Positions 1 through 8,450 of a DNA stretch of 64,000 nucleotides are shown here, piece after piece. Source of the stretch: a virus. A model generated the notes under the pieces. The model was not told the origin of the DNA and did not search any database. It saw only the letters and a list, made by a program, of their open reading frames with translations. Position numbers and translations under genes: made by a program. Position 1 is the first letter of the stretch. Each line of letters opens with the position of its first letter. Where the stretch lies: positions 32,001 through 96,000 of the IMG/VR virus record IMGVR_UViG_3300027836_000007; one strand, written 5' to 3'.

Positions 1-214
1 AGATAAATGACTTACCTGCGCCAGACTCTCCAGCAAATACAGTAACCTTACCCAAAGGAATACCTTTGTTAAAATCACCGCTGATTAGGTAGTTAAGCGT
101 AAAGTTGCCTGTACTAACCCAATCTGTAGGATCGTTAAATCCTACACCAAGTCCGTCGATAGACTTAGTTAATGTTTTTCTAAATTTTGATAAGTCGAAT
201 GCTTTAGTAGCCAT
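1..214 (-). CDS. uvsX: UvsX/RecA-like recombinase, N-terminal part (runs off the window)
   Basis: Not in the ORF track. My translation from the ATG at 214 gives MATKAFDLSKFRKTLTKSIDGLGVGFNDPTDWVSTGNFTLNYLISGDFNKGIPLGKVTVFAGESGAGKSFI, with the RecA-type STG..LN..ISG...GIP.G segment and Walker A GESGAGKS. It lies next to gp32. Confidence 0.9.
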   Translation of the reverse strand, partial: MATKAFDLSKFRKTLTKSIDGLGVGFNDPTDWVSTGNFTLNYLISGDFNKGIPLGKVTVFAGESGAGKSFI

Positions 215-216
215 AA

Positions 217-408
217 TTATTGATCCAATGGTAATGTATTCCACTCTTTAACTAGAGCGAGTACTTCTTCTTCTGTGTTACACAGTGTCTTTGTATTAGA
301 CCAGTCTTCTTTTTTACTTCGGCCACCGATCTCAACCATCCAACCATTGTCATAACGATTGATGGTGATGCTTTCATTCACTTTTGCTAATTTTGCTAAT
401 TTACTCAT
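217..408 (-). CDS. Small hypothetical protein (63 aa)
   Basis: AGGAG RBS upstream. Fills the gap between gp32 and uvsX, and its stop is 2 nt before the uvsX ATG. Confidence 0.75.
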   Translation of the reverse strand: MSKLAKLAKVNESITINRYDNGWMVEIGGRSKKEDWSNTKTLCNTEEEVLALVKEWNTLPLDQ

Positions 409-471
409 AGTTATTCTCCTAATGATGATAACACGGGCGTACGACTAAGTCGCAGAGGCCCAATGCCGTTT

Positions 472-1458
472 TTACTTCTGACGATTGCGAATCATTGCCA
501 AGATGTCTTGGGCACGTGAGTCGCCACCTTCTGCCGCAGGTGCCGCTGTAGGAGCCGGAGCTGCCTTAGCCACTGGAGTAGGTGTGTCATCTTCATCATG
601 TGATGCCGCTGGAGCAGGTGCGGCTTTTGGAGCAGATGCCTTTTGTGGGTCACCTGTGTTCTGGCTCATGCCAGCTGGTTTAAAATACTGTCCCCAACGT
701 TCCATGTCGTATGGCTCGCCGTCGACTGATGCTTCAAACATTTCTTTCATAACTTTCAATTCAACTTCGCTAGGCTTCTTAGGTAAGAAGTCATTCAAGT
801 TAAACAAGCCATGTTGTTTGATAGCCGCTTGTTCGACATCGTTTAGTGGACGTGAACGACGTGACCAAGTACTAGTAGAGTAGTCGGCGTAACCGCCCTT
901 GCTACCTTTCTTCATACGATAGTCAATACCGTTTGTAAAGTCAGTTGGCAAGTCTTCCAACTCTGGATCAACAAGTGCCGCACGGATACTTGTAAAGATC
1001 TGTGGACCAATAATAAATCTACGAATTGGATTTTCTGGTTGCTCATCACTCTTTTCGCCTAGGCCGTCTTCTGCGACAAAACCTTGGAAAATGTAACTAC
1101 GCTTTTTCCAGTACTTACGACCCATATCTTCTAATGCTGGGTCTTTAAACCAAGCACGTACTTCTGCCAAGATTGGGCAAGCATCGCCATACATTTCTAC
1201 GCATGGTACTTGTACGATTACTGGTTTACTTTCGGATTCACCTTTGATTCCAGCGAATGGCAATTTGATCATTGCTCGTTCTACCCAGAAAAATGTGTTG
1301 TCGGTGTTTCCATCAGGGAGGAATCGCAATACGGATTCGCCGCCTTCTTTTAGGTTCCAGAATGGATAAATGGATTTGTCTCCACCTGTTCTGTTACCGT
1401 CTGATCCTTTTGATTCGGATGCCTTAAGTTTTGCTCTAATTTCTGCTAAAGTTGCCAT
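472..1458 (-). CDS. gp32: T4 gp32-like single-stranded DNA-binding protein
   Basis: Motifs LRFLPD, PC.EMYGDACPI, YWKKRSY, IGPQIF, GGYADYSTS, then an Ala/Pro-rich linker and acidic tail. AAGGAG RBS. Confidence 0.9.
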   Translation of the reverse strand: MATLAEIRAKLKASESKGSDGNRTGGDKSIYPFWNLKEGGESVLRFLPDGNTDNTFFWVERAMIKLPFAGIKGESESKPVIVQVPCVEMYGDACPILAEVRAWFKDPALEDMGRKYWKKRSYIFQGFVAEDGLGEKSDEQPENPIRRFIIGPQIFTSIRAALVDPELEDLPTDFTNGIDYRMKKGSKGGYADYSTSTWSRRSRPLNDVEQAAIKQHGLFNLNDFLPKKPSEVELKVMKEMFEASVDGEPYDMERWGQYFKPAGMSQNTGDPQKASAPKAAPAPAASHDEDDTPTPVAKAAPAPTAAPAAEGGDSRAQDILAMIRNRQK

Positions 1459-1545
1459 AATAGTTCTCCTTTAATATGCCTTTATGTGCTTTTGTTTGCC
1501 TAATATTTGTTTATGATCTACATAAACAAAAAGCGCATACATGTT

Positions 1546-1574
1546 ATTGTATACGCTTTTATTTAGTAAAGCAA
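1546..1574 (-). promoter_or_regulatory. Sigma70-like promoter upstream of gp32 (TTGCTT-17 nt-TACAAT), with a late-type ACTAAATA box nested in the spacer (1560-1567)
   Basis: The minus strand reads ttgctt tactaaataaaagcgta tacaat, a 17-nt spacer in an intergenic position. Confidence 0.55.
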
Positions 1575-1610
1575 GAGAAATCTTGCTTTAAATGTGAGTA
1601 TTTTACTCGA

Positions 1611-3896
1611 TTATCTACCTGCTAGACTGATAATCCTAGCCAAACTTTGATCTTCATTATATGTAATTGGCGAGCCAATTTCTTTTAACTTGCCTTCTAA
1701 ATGGCCGATATCAAAATTTGTTCTTTCTTTTGGTGCGGATTGTTCTTGAGAAATTCCTGCCATACGTAACATGTGTTGCTGTTCGTCACCGCTTGGATCT
1801 TTCATATCTATGAACTTAATGACCTTTATTAAATCTTCTGGATTAGATTGGCCAAACTCGCCATCTTCAAATGCTTTCTTAACTTTAATTTTAATGCGTT
1901 GGCCGCCTAAAGGAAAGTTGCCTTCGTCTTTGTTATAGAATCCACTAATGAATTTTAACATTGCTGGTAAGCCCATTTCCATTGGTTGTTCAAAGCCAAC
2001 ATCCTGAGGAGTCATTCCGCATTCATCAATAATTTCGGCAATAGTCTTTACGCTATTTCCAAAATCTAATTGTGTTTCTAATGTTGCGCCAGCTTTCTTA
2101 GCCATTGCAAGAGTTTTCTTTAGGGCTTGTCCACTAGCATTAGTTACTTTGCCGCGTGGATTTTTGTTGTCTGCTTTCTTCCAATCGCCTTCGTGTTTCC
2201 AACTCTTAACATTACCGTCAGCATCTTTTTCAACTGTGTCAGATGCTTCAGCTACTGGCGCTGGCTCTACTGGTGCCTCAGGAGCAGGTTCTGCCGGAGC
2301 AGCCGTTGGCTCTACTGGTGCCTCAGGAGCAGGTTCTGCCGGTGCTTCTGGAGCAGGCTCAATTGTAGTTTCATCACCATCAGGGAATTGTAATTCGCCC
2401 ATTAAATCTTCGTGATTAGTTTCGATCCAGCCTTTAATTAAATCGTTTAGGTCAGTCTCAGCAGGAGCTTCTCTTACTAAATCGATAAATTCAGGATCGT
2501 CAATCAATCCCTTAATGGAATTAATACCGTTGTCACCGTTAGGGCCAACTTGAGTGTTTAGTGCTAGCAGTTCATTTAACTTATCGATAGCAACTTTTCT
2601 TGCTTCTGGATTAGGACTTAGAATTTCATTTTTGTCTTCACGCACAATGTCGTTTAAGAATGATTCATACTGATCTTCTACAGACTCTTTCTTAAAATGA
2701 TGTTTCTTTGGTCCATCACTTGCGTAGCGATCGGCACCTGGATGATCGTCATGATCGTCTGTGTTATCAAACGAATCAGGATAACGTTTTTCATGCTTGG
2801 TGCCAGTAGCAGTCTTAGTAACCTTGCCGCCCTTATGTGTAGTGCCTTCTTCTTTATCACCATCAAATACTTCACCTAGTAAATCATCAGCACCTAATTC
2901 TAATATTGGTAACTCTGACTCGTCGACAAATTTATAAATGTAAGGAAATACTGCTTTTAATTCTTCGTTAAATGTACGTATAGTTAATCTATCAATTAAA
3001 TCATTTTGAATTTCTTCAGGAATCATTTGTTCTTCTTGTTCTTCAAATGCTTCTACAAATGACTCATAGTATGCTGGACGTTGTAACTTATGAATTGTTT
3101 CTTTAATTTGGTCGATGCGTTCTAGTACGCGATCAGTTACGCTACCCATTGCTTCGCTAACTTGTTCTTGGCGGCTGACAAATCCTTTAAATTTACGTAG
3201 GCTAGATAATTCTTCACTTAGTTTACTAATGTGTTTACCAATAGCATCGTAAGGTGTTCCGCCGTGTTTAATGTGTTCTGCTAATGCACGAGCACCGTTA
3301 AGGTGACGTGAACCATATTTAAAACGCTCGCCTTGAGCATTTTCAATGTAAATGCTTTCGATGTGCATTGTACGGCCTGCGGCTAACTCTAAGTTAATAG
3401 GTTGACTGTGCTTGACTACTAGTCTTGTATTTTCGCCTAAATCTTGATAGCTCATACGGGCATTGCCGTACATTTTGTTTTCCATTATAGCTGGCATAGC
3501 TTGTTGTTCCTTACGTTTCGCTTGAAACTCGTAGTCTCGTTTATCTAAGTTACTCTTACCGATGTTTTGTACATCAAAATTTAATAATCTATCTTTAGCA
3601 AATTGTCTAAAACCACGAATAAACTTAAAAGCGCCATGTCGAGTAGTATTTTCTTTGTCGTCAACTAAGTCGCCACTTACTTGTAGCACTACACCATCTT
3701 GAGCATCTAATGTAATAGCAATAGTTCCTAACGGTTCGCCGTCTTCTGTGTATTCGAACTCAAAGAAGCGAGCCTTAGGAATGTCTTCCTTTTTACTCAA
3801 TACCTCAGCATTTTCATCACCCATTTGGATGTCAGAAAAGCGGGTTTGTATCTTGCCATATAAATCTTTGGCGATTTTATCTAAATTTGCATTCAT
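1611..3896 (-). CDS. Large acidic hypothetical virion protein (possible internal head protein)
   Basis: Long ORF. Likely start is MNANLDK at 3896, because the track start at 3971 overlaps the terminase and a GATAAATA box sits 4 nt upstream of 3896. Acidic, with a Pro/Ala/Glu linker, directly downstream of terL. Confidence 0.7.
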   Translation of the reverse strand: MNANLDKIAKDLYGKIQTRFSDIQMGDENAEVLSKKEDIPKARFFEFEYTEDGEPLGTIAITLDAQDGVVLQVSGDLVDDKENTTRHGAFKFIRGFRQFAKDRLLNFDVQNIGKSNLDKRDYEFQAKRKEQQAMPAIMENKMYGNARMSYQDLGENTRLVVKHSQPINLELAAGRTMHIESIYIENAQGERFKYGSRHLNGARALAEHIKHGGTPYDAIGKHISKLSEELSSLRKFKGFVSRQEQVSEAMGSVTDRVLERIDQIKETIHKLQRPAYYESFVEAFEEQEEQMIPEEIQNDLIDRLTIRTFNEELKAVFPYIYKFVDESELPILELGADDLLGEVFDGDKEEGTTHKGGKVTKTATGTKHEKRYPDSFDNTDDHDDHPGADRYASDGPKKHHFKKESVEDQYESFLNDIVREDKNEILSPNPEARKVAIDKLNELLALNTQVGPNGDNGINSIKGLIDDPEFIDLVREAPAETDLNDLIKGWIETNHEDLMGELQFPDGDETTIEPAPEAPAEPAPEAPVEPTAAPAEPAPEAPVEPAPVAEASDTVEKDADGNVKSWKHEGDWKKADNKNPRGKVTNASGQALKKTLAMAKKAGATLETQLDFGNSVKTIAEIIDECGMTPQDVGFEQPMEMGLPAMLKFISGFYNKDEGNFPLGGQRIKIKVKKAFEDGEFGQSNPEDLIKVIKFIDMKDPSGDEQQHMLRMAGISQEQSAPKERTNFDIGHLEGKLKEIGSPITYNEDQSLARIISLAGR
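2262..2342. repeat. Exact 36-bp direct repeat (2262-2297 and 2307-2342, 45-bp period) encoding PAEPAPEAPVEP
   Basis: tggctctactggtgcctcaggagcaggttctgccgg occurs twice. Confidence 0.9.
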
Positions 3897-3909
3897 GTTG
3901 TATTTATCA

Positions 3910-5505
3910 CTAATTACTTGAAATGAATATAGGTAACGGGGGTTCCCAGTCATCATTGAACCCGTCATCATCTACACTTATTGTATCAAAAACTGCTGGA
4001 TCCCACTCTGCCAGTATAACACTCATGCGTATAATAAGCAGTAAAGCCGCTACTAAGTCGTCGTGCTGTCCTTGTTTAGCTTTGAATGTTACACCCGAAG
4101 CAATATAAGATTTAAGTTCACTAATAAGTGTCTTGCTATAAATTTTCATCTTGTCTTCTTCGACAAGATACTTTAAACGACTACACGCTGAAATCTTGTT
4201 AGCAAACGTAGTGTTAAATCCTTTACGGAATTTCTTAACATGCCCTTTACGTGCGGGTTCTGAAACAAATAGGCCTGGAAATGTTTCTTCGCCTAGGTCA
4301 GCAATAACAACTAGAGCCGCTTCGCCAACTGTGTTGTTTTCCACACTCCAATAAATGTTATTGTTGTAGTCAGGGCCTACTTCGTCTTGAATGTATTTTA
4401 ATACATCTCTAAATATTTTAACTTGTCCTTGAACTGGTGTAAGGTTATGTTGCCATTCCGCTATTTGTGTAAAGCTAGGCAATTCAAATACTTGTATGCC
4501 AGCATAGTCGCCGCCGGTGCCTAAGCAAGGATCTAATGCTATTAAAAATAATGAACCCGGAACTGGCTTTTTAAACCAACGGACCTGTCCCATCTTAAGT
4601 ATTGGTTCGCGTCCTAACATTTCAGCTAATTTTAAACTGCTGACTAGTGTTTCGTCAAATACTAGGAATTCGCAACCGTACTCGCGACGGAAACGTTCTT
4701 CACCGATACGTCCAAGCTCAACTTCCTTCCACTTTTCATCTCTATCAGGATGCTCGTGCCACTCTGCTCGGAAGCCGTGAAATCCATTACGTCCTAACCC
4801 GTCTGTCTTCTCATTACCAAAACTATCAAATAAATCTTGACTTTCCTTCCAGATAGTAGCAAACGTATCTTCATCGCTGTTGGGCGTTGAAGTTAAAATT
4901 GCTCTACCACCAGTTGCTAGTGTTGGTGATATGGAAGTCCAAAACTCTTCCGCAATGTTTGGTTGAACGAAAGCAAACTCATCACAGTATAGTAAGGATA
5001 TTGACATACCGCGACCAGTGTTGCCAGTAGTAGTTGCTGATACAATTCTTGAACCATTATCAAACTCCATTGAACCTTTGTTGTAGTTTATAACGCCTGA
5101 GCGTATATAATCTGGGCACAGCTCATATCCGTAACGTATACGTTGCATGATTTCTTGTGCGCCTGTGTACTTGTGTGCGGCGACTAGAATAGTTTGATCT
5201 GGATGGAACATAGCGTACCATAGCAAGTAGCCCGCCGCGCAGGTTGTTTTGCCACTTTGCCGTGGCATCATATTAATGTTAAATCGGAAATCGTGGTAGC
5301 TATGTAACAGCCTGTCCTGGTAGTCGTAAGGTTCAAACTTTACCTTGCCGCGGACTGGATGTTGGATGTAAAAGAAATTCTTTACAAAATACATATACCC
5401 GTCGACGGGGTCAGAACACTTTAACAAATCGTTAATTTGCTCTTCTGTAAATGATTCCTGCTTGTGCGCCTTTTTAACAAGGACGCCTTCTAAACTTTTT
5501 GCCAT
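3910..5505 (-). CDS. gp17: Terminase large subunit (T4 gp17-like)
   Basis: Adenine-binding YDYQ, Walker A PRQSGKTT, Walker B LLYCDEFAF, motif III TSTPN, FRREYGCEF, nuclease ALDP..G.GGDY and HDDLV. Confidence 0.96.
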   Translation of the reverse strand: MAKSLEGVLVKKAHKQESFTEEQINDLLKCSDPVDGYMYFVKNFFYIQHPVRGKVKFEPYDYQDRLLHSYHDFRFNINMMPRQSGKTTCAAGYLLWYAMFHPDQTILVAAHKYTGAQEIMQRIRYGYELCPDYIRSGVINYNKGSMEFDNGSRIVSATTTGNTGRGMSISLLYCDEFAFVQPNIAEEFWTSISPTLATGGRAILTSTPNSDEDTFATIWKESQDLFDSFGNEKTDGLGRNGFHGFRAEWHEHPDRDEKWKEVELGRIGEERFRREYGCEFLVFDETLVSSLKLAEMLGREPILKMGQVRWFKKPVPGSLFLIALDPCLGTGGDYAGIQVFELPSFTQIAEWQHNLTPVQGQVKIFRDVLKYIQDEVGPDYNNNIYWSVENNTVGEAALVVIADLGEETFPGLFVSEPARKGHVKKFRKGFNTTFANKISACSRLKYLVEEDKMKIYSKTLISELKSYIASGVTFKAKQGQHDDLVAALLLIIRMSVILAEWDPAVFDTISVDDDGFNDDWEPPLPIFISSN

Positions 5506-5519
5506 AACTTTATTTACAT

Positions 5520-5546
5520 AAAAAAAGCACCCCGGAGGGTGCTTTT
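5520..5546 (-). terminator. Rho-independent terminator (possibly bidirectional)
   Basis: aaaagcaccc-cgga-gggtgctttt inverted repeat, followed by a U-tract on the minus strand, just after the 127-aa gene. Confidence 0.8.
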
Positions 5547-5563
5547 GAGTAATGCTGCCGAAT

Positions 5564-5947
5564 TTAAATTAAATTAGAAACGCCTGCCTGGAATCTGCCA
5601 GAAGTGTTATTTGGAACGTTTAATTCCGCCGGTGCTGTTCGAGTATTTGGTAATGTATCGGTTGCTGGTTGTGGTCTTACTGGTTGTGGTTTAGATTTTA
5701 CTGCATAAACACCGCACCATTTAAATTTCCTTAAACCCTGTTTAACAGCCTGAGCGTATGCTTGGTTAAATGTTGCAGCTTCAATTGTTGGAATCTGATT
5801 TGGATCTGTCGCTGTTGCGGGTTGAGGAACGTTATTACTTGCAACATTCATTGCACTTTGAGCTGGGTCAGCGTTAGGATCTAGAACTTCAGCTTCTTGG
5901 ATTGCTTCTAATTTGTTTACTAATGCGCGGTATTGTTCGGCGTTCAT
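5564..5947 (-). CDS. Hypothetical protein, possible internal head protein
   Basis: Abuts the upstream gene. Its N-terminus QYRALVNKLEAIQ is shared with the neighbouring gene. Confidence 0.7.
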   Translation of the reverse strand: MNAEQYRALVNKLEAIQEAEVLDPNADPAQSAMNVASNNVPQPATATDPNQIPTIEAATFNQAYAQAVKQGLRKFKWCGVYAVKSKPQPVRPQPATDTLPNTRTAPAELNVPNNTSGRFQAGVSNLI

Positions 5948-5949
5948 AA

Positions 5950-6492
5950 TTATCGTCCCTTAACTTCTTGGTATAACGTGCTTAAATGTGATACTAAATT
6001 TTCCATTTGAGCATGTGGTAAGCCTGCTTGACGTGGTCTATGGTCACCCATATTACCGTGTAAGTCTGGACCTTTCTTAAGCATAGCTGAGATCGGTTGT
6101 GTTGTTGTTTCCGGTTCTGTTGTAGTAGAACCAAATCCGCCATCACTTTGTTCTTCGCCTACTCCAACAACAATTTCATCATCGTTATGTGCATGTTGAG
6201 CTGGCTCTTCGCCACCGTTTTCAATATTCTTGAGTATGCCCATTAAATCACGGATGCCGCCTGCGCCGGTACCATTCATACTTATGTTCATGGTGACGTT
6301 GTCTGCTTGTTTTGGAGTGCCCATCATACCGCCCGGCATATTAGACATGCCAGGTAATCCGCATTCTTCTACATTTTCCTCACCAACTAACAATTGATCT
6401 TTGCTGACTAACTCTACGTCGTCTTTGGAAGTTTCGTCTACTCTATTTTGAATAGCTTCTAATTTTGCTACTAAGTCTCTATATTGGTTCAT
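5950..6492 (-). CDS. Hypothetical protein, possible internal head/scaffold-type protein
   Basis: ATGA overlap with the upstream gene and AGGAG RBS. N-terminus QYRDLVAKLEAIQ, acidic and low complexity. Confidence 0.75.
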   Translation of the reverse strand: MNQYRDLVAKLEAIQNRVDETSKDDVELVSKDQLLVGEENVEECGLPGMSNMPGGMMGTPKQADNVTMNISMNGTGAGGIRDLMGILKNIENGGEEPAQHAHNDDEIVVGVGEEQSDGGFGSTTTEPETTTQPISAMLKKGPDLHGNMGDHRPRQAGLPHAQMENLVSHLSTLYQEVKGR

Positions 6493-7115
6493 TGTTTTTC
6501 TCCTACAGTTTTAGCTGTTGGTACTTTTACTGTACGACTTCCAACAGGACTCTTTGTATTAATTGTTGTATTTGCTTTGGCTGATTTTTCACTTGGGGAT
6601 TTCTTTGCTAGGATAGCATCGTTAACTCCAGTATACTGTTCAGTTGTCTTTTTACGCTTACCTAATTCTTTTAGCAAACTCATAGTGTGCTTGTCACCAA
6701 CTAAATCTTGTGCTTCAGAACTAACTTCGTGATCTTTATTTAAAAGAGATTCGCCTGATTTTCCATCATTAGCATGATTAAGATCAAACTCTGCTTCTTC
6801 TCTCATATTACGAACTTTAACGTTAGTAACTGGTACTCCTAATGCTCCGCCTAGCGCACTACGTACTTGATCTGTTGTACTTGGATATGCTAGACACACG
6901 TCAAATACAGTAATACCAATGTTGCGTTGTGTTGGAAAATCTACATAAGTTTCGGCGATTGGCATACTTTTGCCCGCTGAGCATGATTCTACTTTGTACA
7001 TAGACAAAGCTTCTTTAATTTTTTTAGCGCAGTCTTTTGGACAGTCGCCGGCAATTTTAACCTTAAAATCGTAGGTTTGTTTGCTCTCTGTTAAGTACTC
7101 TTTAAATGATTTCAT
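6489..7115 (-). CDS. Hypothetical protein with T4 capsid-targeting-like N-terminus
   Basis: Starts MKSFKEYLTE, resembling the T4 internal-protein capsid targeting sequence (MKTYQEFIAE type). AATAAATA box upstream at 7135-7142. Confidence 0.7.
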   Translation of the reverse strand: MKSFKEYLTESKQTYDFKVKIAGDCPKDCAKKIKEALSMYKVESCSAGKSMPIAETYVDFPTQRNIGITVFDVCLAYPSTTDQVRSALGGALGVPVTNVKVRNMREEAEFDLNHANDGKSGESLLNKDHEVSSEAQDLVGDKHTMSLLKELGKRKKTTEQYTGVNDAILAKKSPSEKSAKANTTINTKSPVGSRTVKVPTAKTVGEKQ

Positions 7116-7137
7116 TGTGTAATCCCGTTAACTATAT

Positions 7138-7629
7138 TTATTTCATATTGCGTAGTTTTTCAATTAAACTATTGCGATCTGTAATGATTACACCGTCGCC
7201 GTTTAAGTTAATGCCTTTATCGTCACCGATTTGCGCATCTTGATCCATCTTTTGTTTCTTAAGCTGTAGCTCAATCATCTTCAATTTTTTGTCAACTTTA
7301 GCTGATTTTGCATCAATTGCGTTCTTGAGCATAGTACCAGCAACTTCAAAAATACGTGCTGAATAACGTGCTTCTACATTCATGCCTAAGTCAATTAAGT
7401 CATCATAAGCATCTGTAGCACGTTGCGCGAGAGAATCAAACTCTGCGTCCGTAGCATCGCCTAAGCCTTTAACTGCTGGCAATGCGGCTGAGATTTTATC
7501 AAATTCGTCCATACTACGTAAGAATGGTTCAGGTTTAGAAATCTCAGCCTTAGCTTGTTTCTTTTCTTCCTCTTTGATAATTTTTTTACTCTCGGGAAGA
7601 TTTAGGAGTTCTTCAAGTTTTTTAGTCAT
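7138..7629 (-). CDS. Probable terminase small subunit (gp16-like)
   Basis: Helical 163-aa protein with an ARIFEVAGTMLKNAIDAK..K....IELQ segment like gp16-family proteins, near terL. Confidence 0.55.
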   Translation of the reverse strand: MTKKLEELLNLPESKKIIKEEEKKQAKAEISKPEPFLRSMDEFDKISAALPAVKGLGDATDAEFDSLAQRATDAYDDLIDLGMNVEARYSARIFEVAGTMLKNAIDAKSAKVDKKLKMIELQLKKQKMDQDAQIGDDKGINLNGDGVIITDRNSLIEKLRNMK

Positions 7630-7636
7630 ACTTTAC

Positions 7637-8074
7637 TTATCCTCCACCATTATGGAATAAATCATTTTCGTTAACAACACGAAACTTAATGCCTTGCTGT
7701 TTACACCATAAATTAGCACTGGCCCACTTGGCTTGATTCTTAACAAACTGTGCTTGATTATATTTGTTTTTGCCCACACGTTCTAGTATTGATTGACTTG
7801 CTGGTTTTATTTCTATTAGTTCAACATGCATTTTTCCTAGCTTATCTACATATTGTATAAAGAAATCCGGCACATAGACTGTTTGTCTACCAGTTAGCGG
7901 GTCGCGATAAGGAATTTGTACAGCCTCACTTGCCCATTTTTGAACGCTGATATTTGTATCGCAAAATTTCATAAAACTAAATTCCCAGCTTGAGCGGTAT
8001 GTAGGAACTTTTGTTCCTATATACTTTTCTGGTTGAGTCATTTGAAATTTTCCACGAGCAAATTTGCTAGCCAT
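7637..8074 (-). CDS. gp4: Head completion nuclease (T4 gp4-like, TnsA-type PD-(D/E)xK)
   Basis: YRSSWE..FM..CD, WASE...IPY..P, YVPDF, LIEIKP, NQAKW..A..WC. Confidence 0.9.
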   Translation of the reverse strand: MASKFARGKFQMTQPEKYIGTKVPTYRSSWEFSFMKFCDTNISVQKWASEAVQIPYRDPLTGRQTVYVPDFFIQYVDKLGKMHVELIEIKPASQSILERVGKNKYNQAQFVKNQAKWASANLWCKQQGIKFRVVNENDLFHNGGG

Positions 8075-8077
8075 ATA

Positions 8078-8446
8078 TTATACTAAAATATTTCTACTTT
8101 CGTATGTATCCGTAGTTTGTGCGATGCGATAACCTAATAAACTAGTTTTTTCTCTGTAGCTATTTAAAATCTGTGCTACTACTTGACTTAGTTGAACTTG
8201 TGTTAAGGCGGTAAGACTGTCAAGCAATTCAAATACATTAACACCATCGATTCTAGCTTGGTTTAATAATACAATGCCTGTACTTCTTGCGCTTTGTTTG
8301 TCAAAGCCGTGTTTTGTAAAAAAACCGATAACCGCATCAATTTGATTGCTGGGAAAACTAACCTTAGTAGTATAATATTTGTCAAAGAATTCTTTGACTT
8401 CGACGGTGGACCCTACTACTGTTGATAATGGTAAATTAGAAGACAT
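8078..8446 (-). CDS. Hypothetical protein (122 aa)
   Basis: Tightly packed ORF in the tail operon. Confidence 0.7.
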   Translation of the reverse strand: MSSNLPLSTVVGSTVEVKEFFDKYYTTKVSFPSNQIDAVIGFFTKHGFDKQSARSTGIVLLNQARIDGVNVFELLDSLTALTQVQLSQVVAQILNSYREKTSLLGYRIAQTTDTYESRNILV

Positions 8447-8450
8447 ATTG

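Noticed and set aside
430-470. GC-rich stem-loop between gp32 and the 63-aa gene
   Set aside because: It is imperfect and has no U-tract on the coding strand, so a terminator call is unsupported. It could be an RNA stability or processing element.
2262-2360. Possible CRISPR-like repeat (36-bp unit)
   Set aside because: Only two copies with a 9-bp spacer, in frame within a Pro/Ala/Glu linker, and no cas genes.
3897-3971. ORF-track N-terminal extensions (also 15428-15445, 32050-32160, 61923-61940)
   Set aside because: They overlap upstream genes or promoter boxes. Downstream ATGs have better RBS or promoter context.
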